A stretch of DNA of 64,000 nt, taken from an uncultured bacterium. Lineage in GTDB: Bacteria; Cyanobacteriota; Vampirovibrionia; Gastranaerophilales; Gastranaerophilaceae. Under the pieces are notes generated by a model that saw only the letters and a program-made list of their open reading frames with translations, had not been told where the DNA came from and made no database searches. The DNA lies in the NCBI GenBank assembly GCA_902461945.1, contig CABPZQ010000001.1:114004-178003 (forward strand), written 5' to 3'. Positions 53,666-64,000 of this stretch are shown in pieces (the first letter of the stretch is position 1; every line of letters begins with the position of its first letter). The position numbers and the translations under genes are program-made.

Positions 53666-54502
53666 TTAAATATATATAATTTTCTTTTCAGGATTAGTTT
53701 CTGAAACTAAAGCAGTATTTTTAGGAGTACAAAAAACTACTCCGTTTTTTAGCCCAATATAAGTATCTTTTACCTTGAAATCTTCAGGAACATGTAGATG
53801 CTTTATTTTACAATCAGGCAGATAAGCTTTAAAAACTTGAGTTAGAAAATTCAAACTTCTATTTGTATCTTCTCTAACTCCTGGAATAAATGTAACCTCG
53901 GGATTTTTCAAACCCCGAATTAAAAATTTTATAAGATTTATACTATCACCTTCATCACTATATAAGAAGTAATGCAACAATTTCTGTCGATTTTTAACTT
54001 TATCTACAATTGCAACACCGGCACATTGATACAAACCATGTGTATAAAAAGTATCAGACAAATCCCCTTCTATTGAAATAGTACCACCGGGTTTAGAAAA
54101 ATTATCAATCATAACTCCAATTTCCGGATTATTTTCAATTTTCATAGGAGTAGAAATATTAGTTTGGAAATACACATCATCAATAGCATTTCCAGCTTTC
54201 TTTGGTACTAAGAATTTAAAATCAGGCGCCTTTCCTAGTGCATATTCAGTAGGCATTGGATTTGTATTTTTATCATTGAAGTGTAATTTTCTTTGCCAAC
54301 CTTTTTTGGCAAAATCTATTGAAACTCTGTCATAATCAGGATATAACAATCCTTTTGTTTTATAAACCGAAACTACATCGCTAGACATTTCAACAAGCTT
54401 ATTTGCCTCATCCAGTATCGCCTTGGAACTATTACTACTTTTACTTTCAAGGCAAGACATCATCATATTAAATTTATCTATAATTTTAGATGTAATTTTC
54501 AT
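53666..54502 (-). CDS. hypothetical protein
   Basis: Start at MKITSK with an AAGGT RBS. No motifs. Confidence 0.45.
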   Translation of the reverse strand: MKITSKIIDKFNMMMSCLESKSSNSSKAILDEANKLVEMSSDVVSVYKTKGLLYPDYDRVSIDFAKKGWQRKLHFNDKNTNPMPTEYALGKAPDFKFLVPKKAGNAIDDVYFQTNISTPMKIENNPEIGVMIDNFSKPGGTISIEGDLSDTFYTHGLYQCAGVAIVDKVKNRQKLLHYFLYSDEGDSINLIKFLIRGLKNPEVTFIPGVREDTNRSLNFLTQVFKAYLPDCKIKHLHVPEDFKVKDTYIGLKNGVVFCTPKNTALVSETNPEKKIIYI

Positions 54503-54561
54503 ACTATACCTTTTACCAAATAAAGTAAAACAAATACTATACAAAAATTGCCCATATAAAA

Positions 54562-55593
54562 TTATGGCTTAATCAAAAATTTAATTGCCTTTCCTGCAAT
54601 ATGCTGCTGCATAGCATATTCTACCCTATCCAAAGGTAAAGTATCAGTTATAAGTTTTTCGACTTCCATGTCGCCTGATGCAATATAATCCAGCGCCATT
54701 CTAAAATACTTAGGTGTATGATGGAACACACTCATCATCTTTATGTCACCATAGTGCATTTTTGTAGTATCAAATGTAACTTTTGAACCTGATTTACACC
54801 CACCAAAAAAGTGAACAGTACCACCCGGCCGTACGCAATCAAAAATTTGTTCCCAAATTTCCGGGAGTCCCACACATTCGACAGCAACATCAAGCCCTTT
54901 ATGCTCTTCTGAAAACTCTTTAAAGATGCGTTCCGGATTAGGATATTTTTTCAAATCAATAATTTCATCAGCATGGGCAAATTCTTCGGCAGCTTTAAGT
55001 TTTATAGGATTACGACCTGCAACAATAACTCTAGCCCCCATAAGCTTAGCTACGCGGGCAAACATCAAACCTATAGGTCCTATTCCAATAATTCCAACAC
55101 TATCACCCGGTTTAATACCTGTTCTTTCAGCACCATGAACAACATTTGCCAGAGGTTCACAAAATGCAGCACGCTCAAAACTTAAACTTGGAGGTAAATG
55201 GAGTAAGTTCTTTTTTACAATACGAGCTGGAACATTGATATATTCAGCATAAGCACCATTTAGAAGATTTAAATTTTCGCAAAGATTATATTCCTGTTTT
55301 TTACAGTAAAAACACTCCCCGCAAGGTGCAGAATTTGCAGCAACAACACGGTCACCGACATTGAATCCGTCAACATTACGTCCTATTTTTTCTATAATTC
55401 CGGAAAATTCATGCCCGAATCCTGATGGAACTTCTTTGATGAGCACAGGATGCCCGCGACGAAATGTTTTAACATCAGTACCACAGGTTAATGCAGCCAT
55501 GACCTTCACAACAACTTCGCCCTCTTCCGGAGGTTTTACCATTACATTTTCATATCTTATATCATTTGGTCCGTAATATTGTATAGCTTTCAT
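54562..55593 (-). CDS. zinc-binding alcohol dehydrogenase (MDR family, threonine/sorbitol dehydrogenase-like)
   Basis: Catalytic-zinc ligands (C in LTCGTDV, H in GHEFSG), a structural-zinc cysteine cluster, and Rossmann GIGPIG. Confidence 0.85.
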   Translation of the reverse strand: MKAIQYYGPNDIRYENVMVKPPEEGEVVVKVMAALTCGTDVKTFRRGHPVLIKEVPSGFGHEFSGIIEKIGRNVDGFNVGDRVVAANSAPCGECFYCKKQEYNLCENLNLLNGAYAEYINVPARIVKKNLLHLPPSLSFERAAFCEPLANVVHGAERTGIKPGDSVGIIGIGPIGLMFARVAKLMGARVIVAGRNPIKLKAAEEFAHADEIIDLKKYPNPERIFKEFSEEHKGLDVAVECVGLPEIWEQIFDCVRPGGTVHFFGGCKSGSKVTFDTTKMHYGDIKMMSVFHHTPKYFRMALDYIASGDMEVEKLITDTLPLDRVEYAMQQHIAGKAIKFLIKP

Positions 55594-55634
55594 AAAATAA
55601 TAATACCAGAAATAAAACTTCAGGACATTAAAAT

Positions 55635-56876
55635 TTATGTAAGGTTCAACTTAAATCGTTCGGCAAGTTCACTAATCATATATAAAGAACCACATATTAC
55701 ATTAAGTCTTCCATCATTAAAATCTATCTGAGTCTCTTTAGTTAACTCTTTTGCATGTATAGGACTTGCCTCCATCAAAGCTCTTACATCACAAGAATTT
55801 TGATGGCTAAAATGATAAAAATACACTTCCGGAGTATTATATTCAGTCTGCCCGATAAATTGCTCAAACAATAAATTCAGCATTTTTGCATAATCCTTAT
55901 TATTCAAACAGCCAAAAATATAACGTCTTCTAGAAATTGGATAATAAGAATCTAAACTTTGAACAAGAGAACTTATCCCGTTTGGATTGTGTGCACCGTC
56001 GATAATAAGGTTCTTATCCTCAATATATTGAAATCTGCCAATGTGCTTAACCTGCTTTAGCCCCTCATCTATTATATTTTGCGAAATAGTTGGGAATATA
56101 GTTTCAATAGCTGCAAGTGCCAGAGACAAATTTTCTTGCTGATAAGTCCCCTTTAAAGATAACTTTGAAACATCTGCAAATGGTGCTACCATCACAAGCA
56201 TCGAACTTTTTTCATCCGCAACATCTCGATAAACCTCCCGTCCCTCAAATACAATACAAGGACAATTTGGTTTTATAATACCTGCTTTTTCAAAAGCTAT
56301 TTTTTCAATAGTATCACCCAATCTATCTGTATGATCATAATCAACATGAGTTATAATAGAACAAAGATTTTTTTTTATAACATTTGTCGCATCAAACCTG
56401 CCGCCCAGACCAGTTTCTAAAACTACAACATCCACATTATTATCTGCAAAATATTTAAACATTACAGCAGTTAATATTTCAAACTCGGTTAAATCAATAC
56501 CGTTTTTATCAGCTAAATTTGATATTTCAAAAACATATTTTGCAAAATCTTCATCAGGAATATTAGCATTTTCCCCTGCACCCTGCTGTAGAGTGTTAGG
56601 GAAAGGGGGCAATAAAATCTTTATCCTCTCATTATATTTAAAAATATGCGGAGAAGTGTATACACCAACTTTTTTACCGGCACAAGCCAGAATTGACGAT
56701 AAAATTGCACATACAGAACCTTTTCCATTTGTTCCTGCAACGTGAATACAATCTAACTTGTCTTGAGGATTTCCTAGCAGCTCTAAAATTTTAGAAATTC
56801 TTTCAAGCCCCAGAGACACATGAAACTTTCCAACAGAAGTTAATAACTTTACTGCATCATTATATTTACCGCTCAT
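55635..56876 (-). CDS. folC: folylpolyglutamate synthase/dihydrofolate synthase
   Basis: Mur-ligase P-loop HVAGTNGKGS, 413 aa. Confidence 0.85.
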   Translation of the reverse strand: MSGKYNDAVKLLTSVGKFHVSLGLERISKILELLGNPQDKLDCIHVAGTNGKGSVCAILSSILACAGKKVGVYTSPHIFKYNERIKILLPPFPNTLQQGAGENANIPDEDFAKYVFEISNLADKNGIDLTEFEILTAVMFKYFADNNVDVVVLETGLGGRFDATNVIKKNLCSIITHVDYDHTDRLGDTIEKIAFEKAGIIKPNCPCIVFEGREVYRDVADEKSSMLVMVAPFADVSKLSLKGTYQQENLSLALAAIETIFPTISQNIIDEGLKQVKHIGRFQYIEDKNLIIDGAHNPNGISSLVQSLDSYYPISRRRYIFGCLNNKDYAKMLNLLFEQFIGQTEYNTPEVYFYHFSHQNSCDVRALMEASPIHAKELTKETQIDFNDGRLNVICGSLYMISELAERFKLNLT

Positions 56877-56912
56877 ATTAAACCTCTATTTCTATAAAAT
56901 TAAAATCTATAA

Positions 56913-57242
56913 TCATTTTAGCAAAAAAGTTCTTATATATTTATAAGCTAATATTAATTCTTCTTCCTTAAGAATATCTAACATAGATATTATTTCAGAT
57001 TTTAAATCTGTAAAATTCTGTAAATGATAAAATTCAAACAAATCTTTTGGTTCAACCGATAAAGCACGCGAAAATCTATCAATTAATTCTGGAGATGGAA
57101 AATTTTTACCACTTTCAATACAACTAATATGTTTATCATCAACATTTACCAATTCGGCAAGTTGAGCCTGTGTGTAATGCATTTTTTTGCGGTATTCTTT
57201 AATTTTACGTCCAAATAATACTTTTATATTTGCCATTTCCAC
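56913..57242 (-). CDS. XRE-family HTH transcriptional regulator
   Basis: HTH YTQAQLAELVNVDDKHISCIESG. GAGGTG RBS. Divergent from the pilin-like gene at 57385. Confidence 0.7.
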   Translation of the reverse strand: MEMANIKVLFGRKIKEYRKKMHYTQAQLAELVNVDDKHISCIESGKNFPSPELIDRFSRALSVEPKDLFEFYHLQNFTDLKSEIISMLDILKEEELILAYKYIRTFLLK

Positions 57243-57384
57243 CTCGTTTTCATTTTACATAACCAGCCATGGTATTGGAATTAAAATATAGGTAAAAATT
57301 TGACAAAAACTTACCTGATAAGTATAATAATTTACGTAGAACGTAATTTTCCTTAATATATTTACCTAACGTATAGGAGAGAAA

Positions 57385-58137
57385 ATGAATAAGAAACAAC
57401 CAAAAAAATTAGCTTTTACACTTGCAGAAGTTTTAATTACATTAGGTATAATTGGAATTGTTGCAGCCTTGAGCATTCCAACACTAATTTCTGCTTATCA
57501 AAAGAAAACCACTGCTCTTGAAGTAAAAAAAGCCTACACAGAACTTAATCAGATATTAAAAATGGCAATCGCAGACTACGGCGAACCTCTCGGCTGGCAA
57601 TATTATGGAGCTGATGAATTGCCACAGTGGGTTCAAACATATTTTGTACCATATGTTAACGGTGCACAACATAAAGCTTGTAATTCAAACGAAAGATGTT
57701 TCGGACTTGCTTTGCCATTTCCTTTACATTTTAAAAAACCAGGTTCTGTTAATACAATGGTTGGGCAATATGTAGTATCAAAACTTGGCAGTCCTGTTGC
57801 CTATGCCTTCTTTAGGTACCCATCGCCATATGACAAAGTAACCAGAGTAAAAGCCTACATACGAAATCCTAAAAAATATGCTATGCTTGGCAAGGATGTA
57901 TTCACTTTTATACTAACAACGGCAGACGAAAATCCGACATTCAAACCTTACGGCTATGGTACTCTCGGATCTTACGGAATGAGCACAAAAGATAGAAACA
58001 CTCTACTTGGAACAGGATGGGGAGGATGCAATTCCAAAGCAAGCGGTTCCGGTTACTTTGGTCCAGGAGATGCCTGTGCCGCCGTCATAATGATGGATGG
58101 CTGGAAGATTGCCAAAGATTACCCATGGACAAAATAA
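57385..58137 (+). CDS. prepilin-type N-terminal cleavage/methylation domain protein
   Basis: KKLAFTLAEVLITLGIIGIVAALSIP. Shares KDVFTF with the other paralogs. Confidence 0.75.
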   Translation: MNKKQPKKLAFTLAEVLITLGIIGIVAALSIPTLISAYQKKTTALEVKKAYTELNQILKMAIADYGEPLGWQYYGADELPQWVQTYFVPYVNGAQHKACNSNERCFGLALPFPLHFKKPGSVNTMVGQYVVSKLGSPVAYAFFRYPSPYDKVTRVKAYIRNPKKYAMLGKDVFTFILTTADENPTFKPYGYGTLGSYGMSTKDRNTLLGTGWGGCNSKASGSGYFGPGDACAAVIMMDGWKIAKDYPWTK

Positions 58138-58157
58138 AAAATAGATTTTAAAGAATA

Positions 58158-58190
58158 AAAAGAGAACTAAGATTTATAGTTCTCTTTTTA
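58158..58190 (+). terminator. rho-independent terminator
   Basis: aaagagaacta-agattta-tagttctcttt, then ttta. Confidence 0.7.
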
Positions 58191-58216
58191 TAATTATAAT
58201 TTGATTTACGCAAGTT

Positions 58217-59575
58217 CTATTTTTCTTCCAACCCCTTACGTTTGTAGAATTCTTCAATGAAACCAGTATTAAAATTTCCGCTCATAAAGACTTCATCTTC
58301 AATAATTGCCTGATGGAATGGAATAGTTGTTTCAACACCTGTTACAACGTATTCTTTCAAAGCTCTGTACATTCTTCTGCGAGCTTCGTTTCTATCACGT
58401 CCCCAACAAATCAATTTTCCAATCATTGAATCGTAGTACGGAGGAATTGTATAATCTTGATAAACATGAGAATCCACTCTTATACCAAAACCTCCAGGTG
58501 CTAAATAACCTGTAATTTGTCCAGGGTTTGGCATAAAATTCTTAGCTGGATTTTCAGCATTGATACGGCATTCAATAGCATGACCTTTTAAGTGAATATC
58601 ATCTTGAGTGTAACTTAATTTTTCACCAGCCGCAACTAGGATTTGTTCACGAACCAAATCAACACTTGAAATCATTTCTGTTACACAGTGTTCAACCTGA
58701 ATTCTTGTATTCATTTCCATGAAATACCAGCTGCCATCATGATCAAGTAAGAATTCACAAGTTCCGGCCCCTTCATAGTTAATCGCTTTAGCTGCACGAA
58801 CAGCTGCGGCTCCCATTTCTTTTCTTGTTTCTTCATTGATAGCCGGAGATGGGGCTTCTTCCAACAATTTTTGGTGACGTCTTTGAATAGAACAATCTCT
58901 TTCTCCTAAGTGGACAACGTTACCAAAACTGTCACCCAATATTTGAACCTCAATATGACGAGGATTTTCTAAGTATTTTTCAGCATATACATCAGGATTT
59001 CCAAAGAAATTTTTAGCTTCAGTCTGGCAAAGTTCCATATTAACTTTAACATCTTCATCACTGCGGCAAATTCTCATACCTTTACCGCCGCCACCGGCTG
59101 TAGCTTTCAAAATAATCGGATAACCAACTTTATTTGCAAAAGCCTGAACATCTTCAACCGTATGAACAATTCCTGTACCCGGAGTAACTGGAACATTATT
59201 TTCAATCATTGTTTTACGAGCTGTAGCTTTATCTCCCATTTTCTTCATAGCCTCGGAAGATGGACCAATAAATTTAATACCTTGCTGTTCACAGATTTCT
59301 ACAAAATCTGCTCTTTCAGACATAAATCCATATCCAGGGTGGATTGCATCAGCACCTGATACCATAGCTGCTGACATTATTGCAGGAATGCTTAAATAAC
59401 TATCAGCACTTTTTGCAGGTCCAATACAATAAGCCTCTGTTGCTAACCTAACATGAAGAGAATTTGCATCTGCCTGTGAATAAATAGCAACCGTAGGAAT
59501 ACCCAATTCTCTACATGCCCTGATAATCCTTACAGCTATTTCTCCCCTATTCGCAATTAATACTTTTCTAAACAT
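58217..59575 (-). CDS. accC: acetyl-CoA carboxylase biotin carboxylase subunit
   Basis: ATP-grasp fold and the conserved motifs MNTRIQVEHCVTE and KATAGGGGKGMR. Confidence 0.95.
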   Translation of the reverse strand: MFRKVLIANRGEIAVRIIRACRELGIPTVAIYSQADANSLHVRLATEAYCIGPAKSADSYLSIPAIMSAAMVSGADAIHPGYGFMSERADFVEICEQQGIKFIGPSSEAMKKMGDKATARKTMIENNVPVTPGTGIVHTVEDVQAFANKVGYPIILKATAGGGGKGMRICRSDEDVKVNMELCQTEAKNFFGNPDVYAEKYLENPRHIEVQILGDSFGNVVHLGERDCSIQRRHQKLLEEAPSPAINEETRKEMGAAAVRAAKAINYEGAGTCEFLLDHDGSWYFMEMNTRIQVEHCVTEMISSVDLVREQILVAAGEKLSYTQDDIHLKGHAIECRINAENPAKNFMPNPGQITGYLAPGGFGIRVDSHVYQDYTIPPYYDSMIGKLICWGRDRNEARRRMYRALKEYVVTGVETTIPFHQAIIEDEVFMSGNFNTGFIEEFYKRKGLEEK

Positions 59576-59646
59576 TTTTCAAATATCCCTTATCAAATTA
59601 GAAAGTGAACAGATATAACCGTTCACTTTCTAATATTTTAAAATTA

Positions 59647-60099
59647 TTATTCTACATACATAAGAACTTGACCAAATTCAACAGGTTGTCCATCCTCAAC
59701 ACAAATTTCAAGGACTTTACCGGCAACCTCTGCTTTAATTTCGTTCATCATTTTCATAGCTTCAACAATACAAACCACATCGCCATTTTTCACAGTATCA
59801 CCAACAGACACAAAAGGAGCTGCATCCGGAGAAGGTGATTTGTAGAAAGTTCCAACCATTGGAGATGTAATTGGAGTACCTTTTTTAGCAGGTGCTGCCG
59901 GCGCACTTGCTGCAGGCTGAGCTGACGGAGCTGAAGCCGGAGCAGAAGGAGCTGCAGCTACAACTTGAGGAGCTGCTGAAACAATAACATCTTTTCTTAA
60001 TGTAATAGCTTGTTCTCCATCTTCTAGAGAAATTTCTGTCAAGCCAGTTTCAGATATAATTTTTGCTAATTTTTCTATATAATCTGTTTCAAATTTCAT
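59647..60099 (-). CDS. accB: acetyl-CoA carboxylase biotin carboxyl carrier protein
   Basis: EAMKMMNEI biotinylation motif. Ala/Pro linker. Confidence 0.9.
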   Translation of the reverse strand: MKFETDYIEKLAKIISETGLTEISLEDGEQAITLRKDVIVSAAPQVVAAAPSAPASAPSAQPAASAPAAPAKKGTPITSPMVGTFYKSPSPDAAPFVSVGDTVKNGDVVCIVEAMKMMNEIKAEVAGKVLEICVEDGQPVEFGQVLMYVE

Positions 60100-60201
60100 A
60101 ATTTGCCTTTCCTATAAGTCAAAACACAAGATTTTTCGGATTGTGTTAATTTAAAAAAGCGAAAAATCTTACAAAAGTATCGCCTCAGAATGACATCAAG
60201 A

Positions 60202-60759
60202 CTAGCATCTGTCTAAATATTCATTTGTTCTGGTGTCAACTCTGATAATATCACCGTTAGCTACAAAGAAAGGAACGTTTACTACCGCACCTGTTTCTAA
60301 TGTTGCAGGTTTTGTACCGCCTTGAGAAGTGTTTCCTTTTTCTGAAGGAGGAGTATCTACAACAGCCAATTCAACATGAGCAGGAATATCAACACCAATA
60401 ACTTTTCCTTCATGTGTCAAAATCATGACATTCATATTTTCTTTTAAGTATTTAATACCACTACCAATTTGAGCTTCTTCAACGTGTAATTGATCATAAG
60501 TTTCATTGTCCATCATTACATATGCTGAACCTTCTTTGTATAAATATTGCATTTCTCTTCTATCTAAAGTAGCTTTTGCAACTTTTTCACCTGCTCTGAA
60601 TGTCTTTTCAACAACTTGTCCTGTAATAACGTTTTTCAACTTAGAACGAACAAATGCTGCACCTTTACCAGGTTTCACGTGCAAAAACTCAACTACAGAC
60701 CACAAACCGTTGTCCAACTCAACTGTCAAGCCTGTTTTAAAATCATTTACTGAAATCAT
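60202..60759 (-). CDS. efp: elongation factor P
   Basis: Start MISVNDFK with an [17 protein letters not shown] motif containing the modified-lysine loop. Confidence 0.9.
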   Translation of the reverse strand: MISVNDFKTGLTVELDNGLWSVVEFLHVKPGKGAAFVRSKLKNVITGQVVEKTFRAGEKVAKATLDRREMQYLYKEGSAYVMMDNETYDQLHVEEAQIGSGIKYLKENMNVMILTHEGKVIGVDIPAHVELAVVDTPPSEKGNTSQGGTKPATLETGAVVNVPFFVANGDIIRVDTRTNEYLDRC

Positions 60760-60896
60760 ATTTTTCCCCTTTTTCAAAAGTATTCTTCTTCTAGTGAACC
60801 AATAATAACACAAAAACTTCTTTTTACAAAGTTATTTACAATTAAGGGAAAAAATATTGTTACCATTTGTTCATATTTCATGATAAAATTTAAACT

Positions 60897-62189
60897 ATGA
60901 TAGAAAGATACTCAAAAAAAGAAATGGCAAAAATTTGGGAACTTAATTCCAAATTTGATTATTATTTACAGGTAGAATTAGCTGTATGTGACGCTTATGC
61001 AGAGTTAGGAACAATACCTAAAGAAGCAGCTGAAGAAATCCGCAAAAAAGCAATGTTCACCGTTGAAAGAATCGATGAAATTGAAAAAGAAGTTCGACAT
61101 GACGTTATTGCATTTTTAACTTGCGTAAACGAAAGCTTAGGAGACTTAGGCAGATATGTCCATGTTGGAATGACAAGTTCTGATGTTATAGATACAGCTT
61201 TCGCCCTTCAAATCCAAGACAGCGGAAAACTTGTAAGTGAAGACTTAGAAAAAACAATAAATACATTAAAAAGTCTTGCAAGCCAACATAAAACAACAAT
61301 ATGCATAGGACGTTCACATGGAATTCATGCGGAAGTTATGACTTTCGGTGCAAAATTGTGCTCATGGATAGATATTTTAGAACGTCAAAAAGAAAACTTC
61401 GAACACGCATTAGAACAAATCCGTGTAGGCCAAATTTCTGGTCCTGTTGGAACTTATAGTAATATTTCAACAGATGTTGAGAGAATTACGTGCAAACACC
61501 TTAATTTAAAACCTGCAAAAATATCTACACAAATTATTGCTCGGGATTACCATGCATACTTTATGCAATCCTTAGCGCTAATTGCCAGTGTTATTGAACA
61601 ATTTGCAACCGAAATACGACATCTGCAAAAAACAGAAGTTCTGGAATTGGAAGAGGGGTTTGGAAAAGGTCAAAAAGGATCATCAGCTATGCCGCACAAG
61701 AAAAACCCTGTATTGAGCGAAAATCTTTGCGGATTAGCAAGAGTTGTTAGAGCAAATTCCATTGTTGCATTAGAAAATATTCCATTATGGCATGAAAGAG
61801 ACATCTCTCACTCATCTGCAGAACGAATTATTTTCCCTGACAGTTTTACTCTAGTAGACTTTATGTTGAACAGATTCAATGGTTTAATGGAAAATATTGT
61901 AGTTCATAAGGATAATATGCTAAAAAATACAGATAAGTTCGGAGGAATAGTATTCTCGCAAAAAGTATTATTATCTCTTGTAGCAAAAGGATTATCCAGA
62001 GAAGATGCTTATATAGTAGTACAAAGAAATGCTCTTGATGCTTTCCAAAACCACGGAGACTTCAAAGCCAATTTATTAAAAGACAACGAAGTAACGAATC
62101 TTTTAACGAACGAAGAAATTGAAAAAATATTTGATAAACAAGCTTTCTTACAAAACATCAACGAAATTTATTCCAGATTTGGAATTTAA
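60897..62189 (+). CDS. purB: adenylosuccinate lyase
   Basis: Fumarate-lyase family. Signature GSSAMPHKKNP. Confidence 0.9.
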   Translation: MIERYSKKEMAKIWELNSKFDYYLQVELAVCDAYAELGTIPKEAAEEIRKKAMFTVERIDEIEKEVRHDVIAFLTCVNESLGDLGRYVHVGMTSSDVIDTAFALQIQDSGKLVSEDLEKTINTLKSLASQHKTTICIGRSHGIHAEVMTFGAKLCSWIDILERQKENFEHALEQIRVGQISGPVGTYSNISTDVERITCKHLNLKPAKISTQIIARDYHAYFMQSLALIASVIEQFATEIRHLQKTEVLELEEGFGKGQKGSSAMPHKKNPVLSENLCGLARVVRANSIVALENIPLWHERDISHSSAERIIFPDSFTLVDFMLNRFNGLMENIVVHKDNMLKNTDKFGGIVFSQKVLLSLVAKGLSREDAYIVVQRNALDAFQNHGDFKANLLKDNEVTNLLTNEEIEKIFDKQAFLQNINEIYSRFGI

Positions 62190-62223
62190 ATCAGCAGTTT
62201 ATAAATTTCGAATAAGGCAATAA

Positions 62224-62256
62224 AAAAGACAGGGTTTAAATATCCTGTCTTTTTTA
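62224..62256. terminator. bidirectional rho-independent terminator
   Basis: aaaagacaggg-loop-cctgtctttttt between convergent purB and the MFS gene. Confidence 0.7.
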
Positions 62257-62283
62257 TTATAAATATTATTTTATAAATATCAA

Positions 62284-63702
62284 TTAAACTTCTGACTTCT
62301 TAGAATCTTTTTTATATTCTTCAATAGCTAAAATTGTACAAATTATTAAACATATAATTCCTGATGCTAACCAGAAATATATAGCTCCATCCCAATTCTG
62401 ATTACCGTTAGAACCCAATTTATCTACAAGGAATCCTGTTCCGGTTGCAGATAAAAATGCGCCTACATAACCAAATGTTCCAGTAAAACCTGATGCCGCA
62501 GAAGCTACTTTTTTAGAACTTGATTCAACTGCACAAAGACCGCCTATCATCATTTGCGGACCATACGTAAATGCTCCAAGCAAACCAATAATTACATAAT
62601 TCAAAGCAGCTATTGTATTAAATTTCAACGCAATAATAGCAAGAATAACACCAACTAAATAAATTAAATTAACAGGAGCTCTTTTTCCTTTAAACAATTT
62701 ATCAGAAATTAACCCCGCACAAACTGTACCACAAATACCCACAAGAGGTAATGACGCTATCATATTTGTTGCATCTTTCAGTTCAATATTTTTTGCATTC
62801 TTCAAATACATTATCATCCAGTCTTCTGCGCCAAACCTAATAATATACACAAATATATAAGCGATGGCCAAAAGCCAAATTGTTTTATTACATAAAACAT
62901 ACTTTTTAAAGATCTGAACATAAGACATCTCGTCTTCTTCTTTTTTATCATTACCAGATGTTTCTTTAACAGGTTCATTTCTATAAACTTCAACATCAGG
63001 AAGGCCTAAAGACTGAGGTCTGTCACGAAGCCTGTCAAACAACCATATTGCAGTAACTATAGCCAAGGCTCCAGGAACTAAAAATGCCGCTCTCCAGCCA
63101 AAATGAGCAGCGATGTGACCGGCAAGAATGAAGCTTAAAAATGTACCGGTCTGATGTGAACATGACCATAAAGACCATTTTGTACCACGTTCTGAATTTG
63201 AATACCAGTAAGTCAAACTCTTGGCAACAGCAGGAAAACCTGCAGATTGAAACCATCCGCTAACACCCCATAAAAATGCCAGAGTCCACAATAATACCAT
63301 TGCTGACATTTTCGTACTCAATCCTAATATGCTCACCGCATTTGGCGCTAACGCAAACAAGATATTTGCAATTGCAGTCATTAACAGGGCTGTAGGGAAG
63401 AATTTTCTAACATCAGCACCATCTGCTAAAACACCGTTAACAAATTTACCTATACCATAAGTCAAGTATAGAGAACTGCCCAACAAACCTAATTCTGTTG
63501 CTGAATAATGAAATTCTGCCATAATACCCGGCAACGCAACTGCAATATTTTTTTTACAAAGATAGAATACTGTATACCCTATAAAGCAAGCATAAAATAT
63601 TCTTAACCTCCAATGTTTATACATTGAATCTACTTTTTCAGAATCTTGTATAGGTTCTTTTACAGGAGGTTCTTTATAAAATGCACTTAATCCTTTTAAC
63701 AT
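62284..63702 (-). CDS. MFS transporter, organophosphate:phosphate antiporter family (GlpT/UhpC-like)
   Basis: 12-TM MFS with an N-terminal region typical of GlpT/UhpT proteins (RLRIFYACFIGYTVFYLCKKNIAVALP). Confidence 0.75.
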   Translation of the reverse strand: MLKGLSAFYKEPPVKEPIQDSEKVDSMYKHWRLRIFYACFIGYTVFYLCKKNIAVALPGIMAEFHYSATELGLLGSSLYLTYGIGKFVNGVLADGADVRKFFPTALLMTAIANILFALAPNAVSILGLSTKMSAMVLLWTLAFLWGVSGWFQSAGFPAVAKSLTYWYSNSERGTKWSLWSCSHQTGTFLSFILAGHIAAHFGWRAAFLVPGALAIVTAIWLFDRLRDRPQSLGLPDVEVYRNEPVKETSGNDKKEEDEMSYVQIFKKYVLCNKTIWLLAIAYIFVYIIRFGAEDWMIMYLKNAKNIELKDATNMIASLPLVGICGTVCAGLISDKLFKGKRAPVNLIYLVGVILAIIALKFNTIAALNYVIIGLLGAFTYGPQMMIGGLCAVESSSKKVASAASGFTGTFGYVGAFLSATGTGFLVDKLGSNGNQNWDGAIYFWLASGIICLIICTILAIEEYKKDSKKSEV

Positions 63703-63715
63703 AAGTCTTTTTCTC

Positions 63716-64000
63716 CTATTTATTCTTAATTACTTGAATATTTCTTGTTTCAGTTAATTCATGTCTGGCATTTTTAATAATTTCCCGTTTTTCCTCATCG
63801 AGACTATGACCGTTAACTAATCTATCAACAAATCCGGTATTTAATTTTGTAGCCCTCTCAAGAGCACCAATCTCTTCCAAAACAGGTTTTATCTGTTCGA
63901 AATCATAACCAAATGATTGTTTCGAATTATAAAGCAGCAAATCACCTTCCTGAGAGGTAATTGAACTACCTCCCAAATCAAAATATAGCTTAAATATAGA
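63716..64000 (-). CDS. hypothetical protein, 5'-truncated by the window edge
   Basis: The reading frame stays open to position 64000. The ORF-track Met is a TTG. Confidence 0.3.
   Translation of the reverse strand, partial: SIFKLYFDLGGSSITSQEGDLLLYNSKQSFGYDFEQIKPVLEEIGALERATKLNTGFVDRLVNGHSLDEEKREIIKNARHELTETRNIQVIKNK

Overview
This 64 kb window is AT-rich (about 30% GC) chromosomal DNA from an anaerobic, probably diderm bacterium.

Most of it is a housekeeping backbone. Recognisable genes include:
- groES-groEL;
- a tyrS-cysE block and a gmk-coaBC-Nif3 block;
- gdhA;
- an ADP-forming acetyl-CoA synthetase;
- bioF-bioG-bioC;
- prmC;
- rubrerythrin;
- aroQ;
- atpD-atpC standing alone, without the rest of the atp operon;
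- folC;
- accB-accC;
- efp;
- purB;
- a GlpT/UhpC-type MFS transporter;
- a split chromate transporter;
- one tRNA-Gln.

I saw no transposase, integrase or CRISPR array.

Five things go beyond ordinary annotation.

1. Three copies of a divergent gene pair recur across the window: an XRE-family HTH regulator facing a prepilin-type (type IV pilin-like N-terminus) protein. A fourth pilin paralog stands alone. One pair carries a perfect 44-bp palindrome in its intergenic region.

2. A three-gene module at 20174-27409 encodes a roughly 1220-aa, extremely acidic, single-pass membrane protein ending in a TonB-C-like domain. It is followed by a sigma-70-family factor and a zinc-ribbon plus P-loop (STAND-like) plus TPR protein.

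3. A mosaic family of GC-rich intergenic repeat modules occurs at a minimum of five loci, and includes a 67-bp tandem array.

4. A cytoplasmic PAS-histidine-kinase-like protein has its phospho-accepting His replaced by Asn. It is translationally coupled to an orphan MalK-like ABC ATPase.

5. Two secreted or membrane proteins carry metallopeptidase-like signatures. One is an M48-like protein with a degenerate HEXXH; the other is a membrane-anchored HExxH protein.

All calls rest on reading the supplied ORF translations and the raw sequence. No database search was run.
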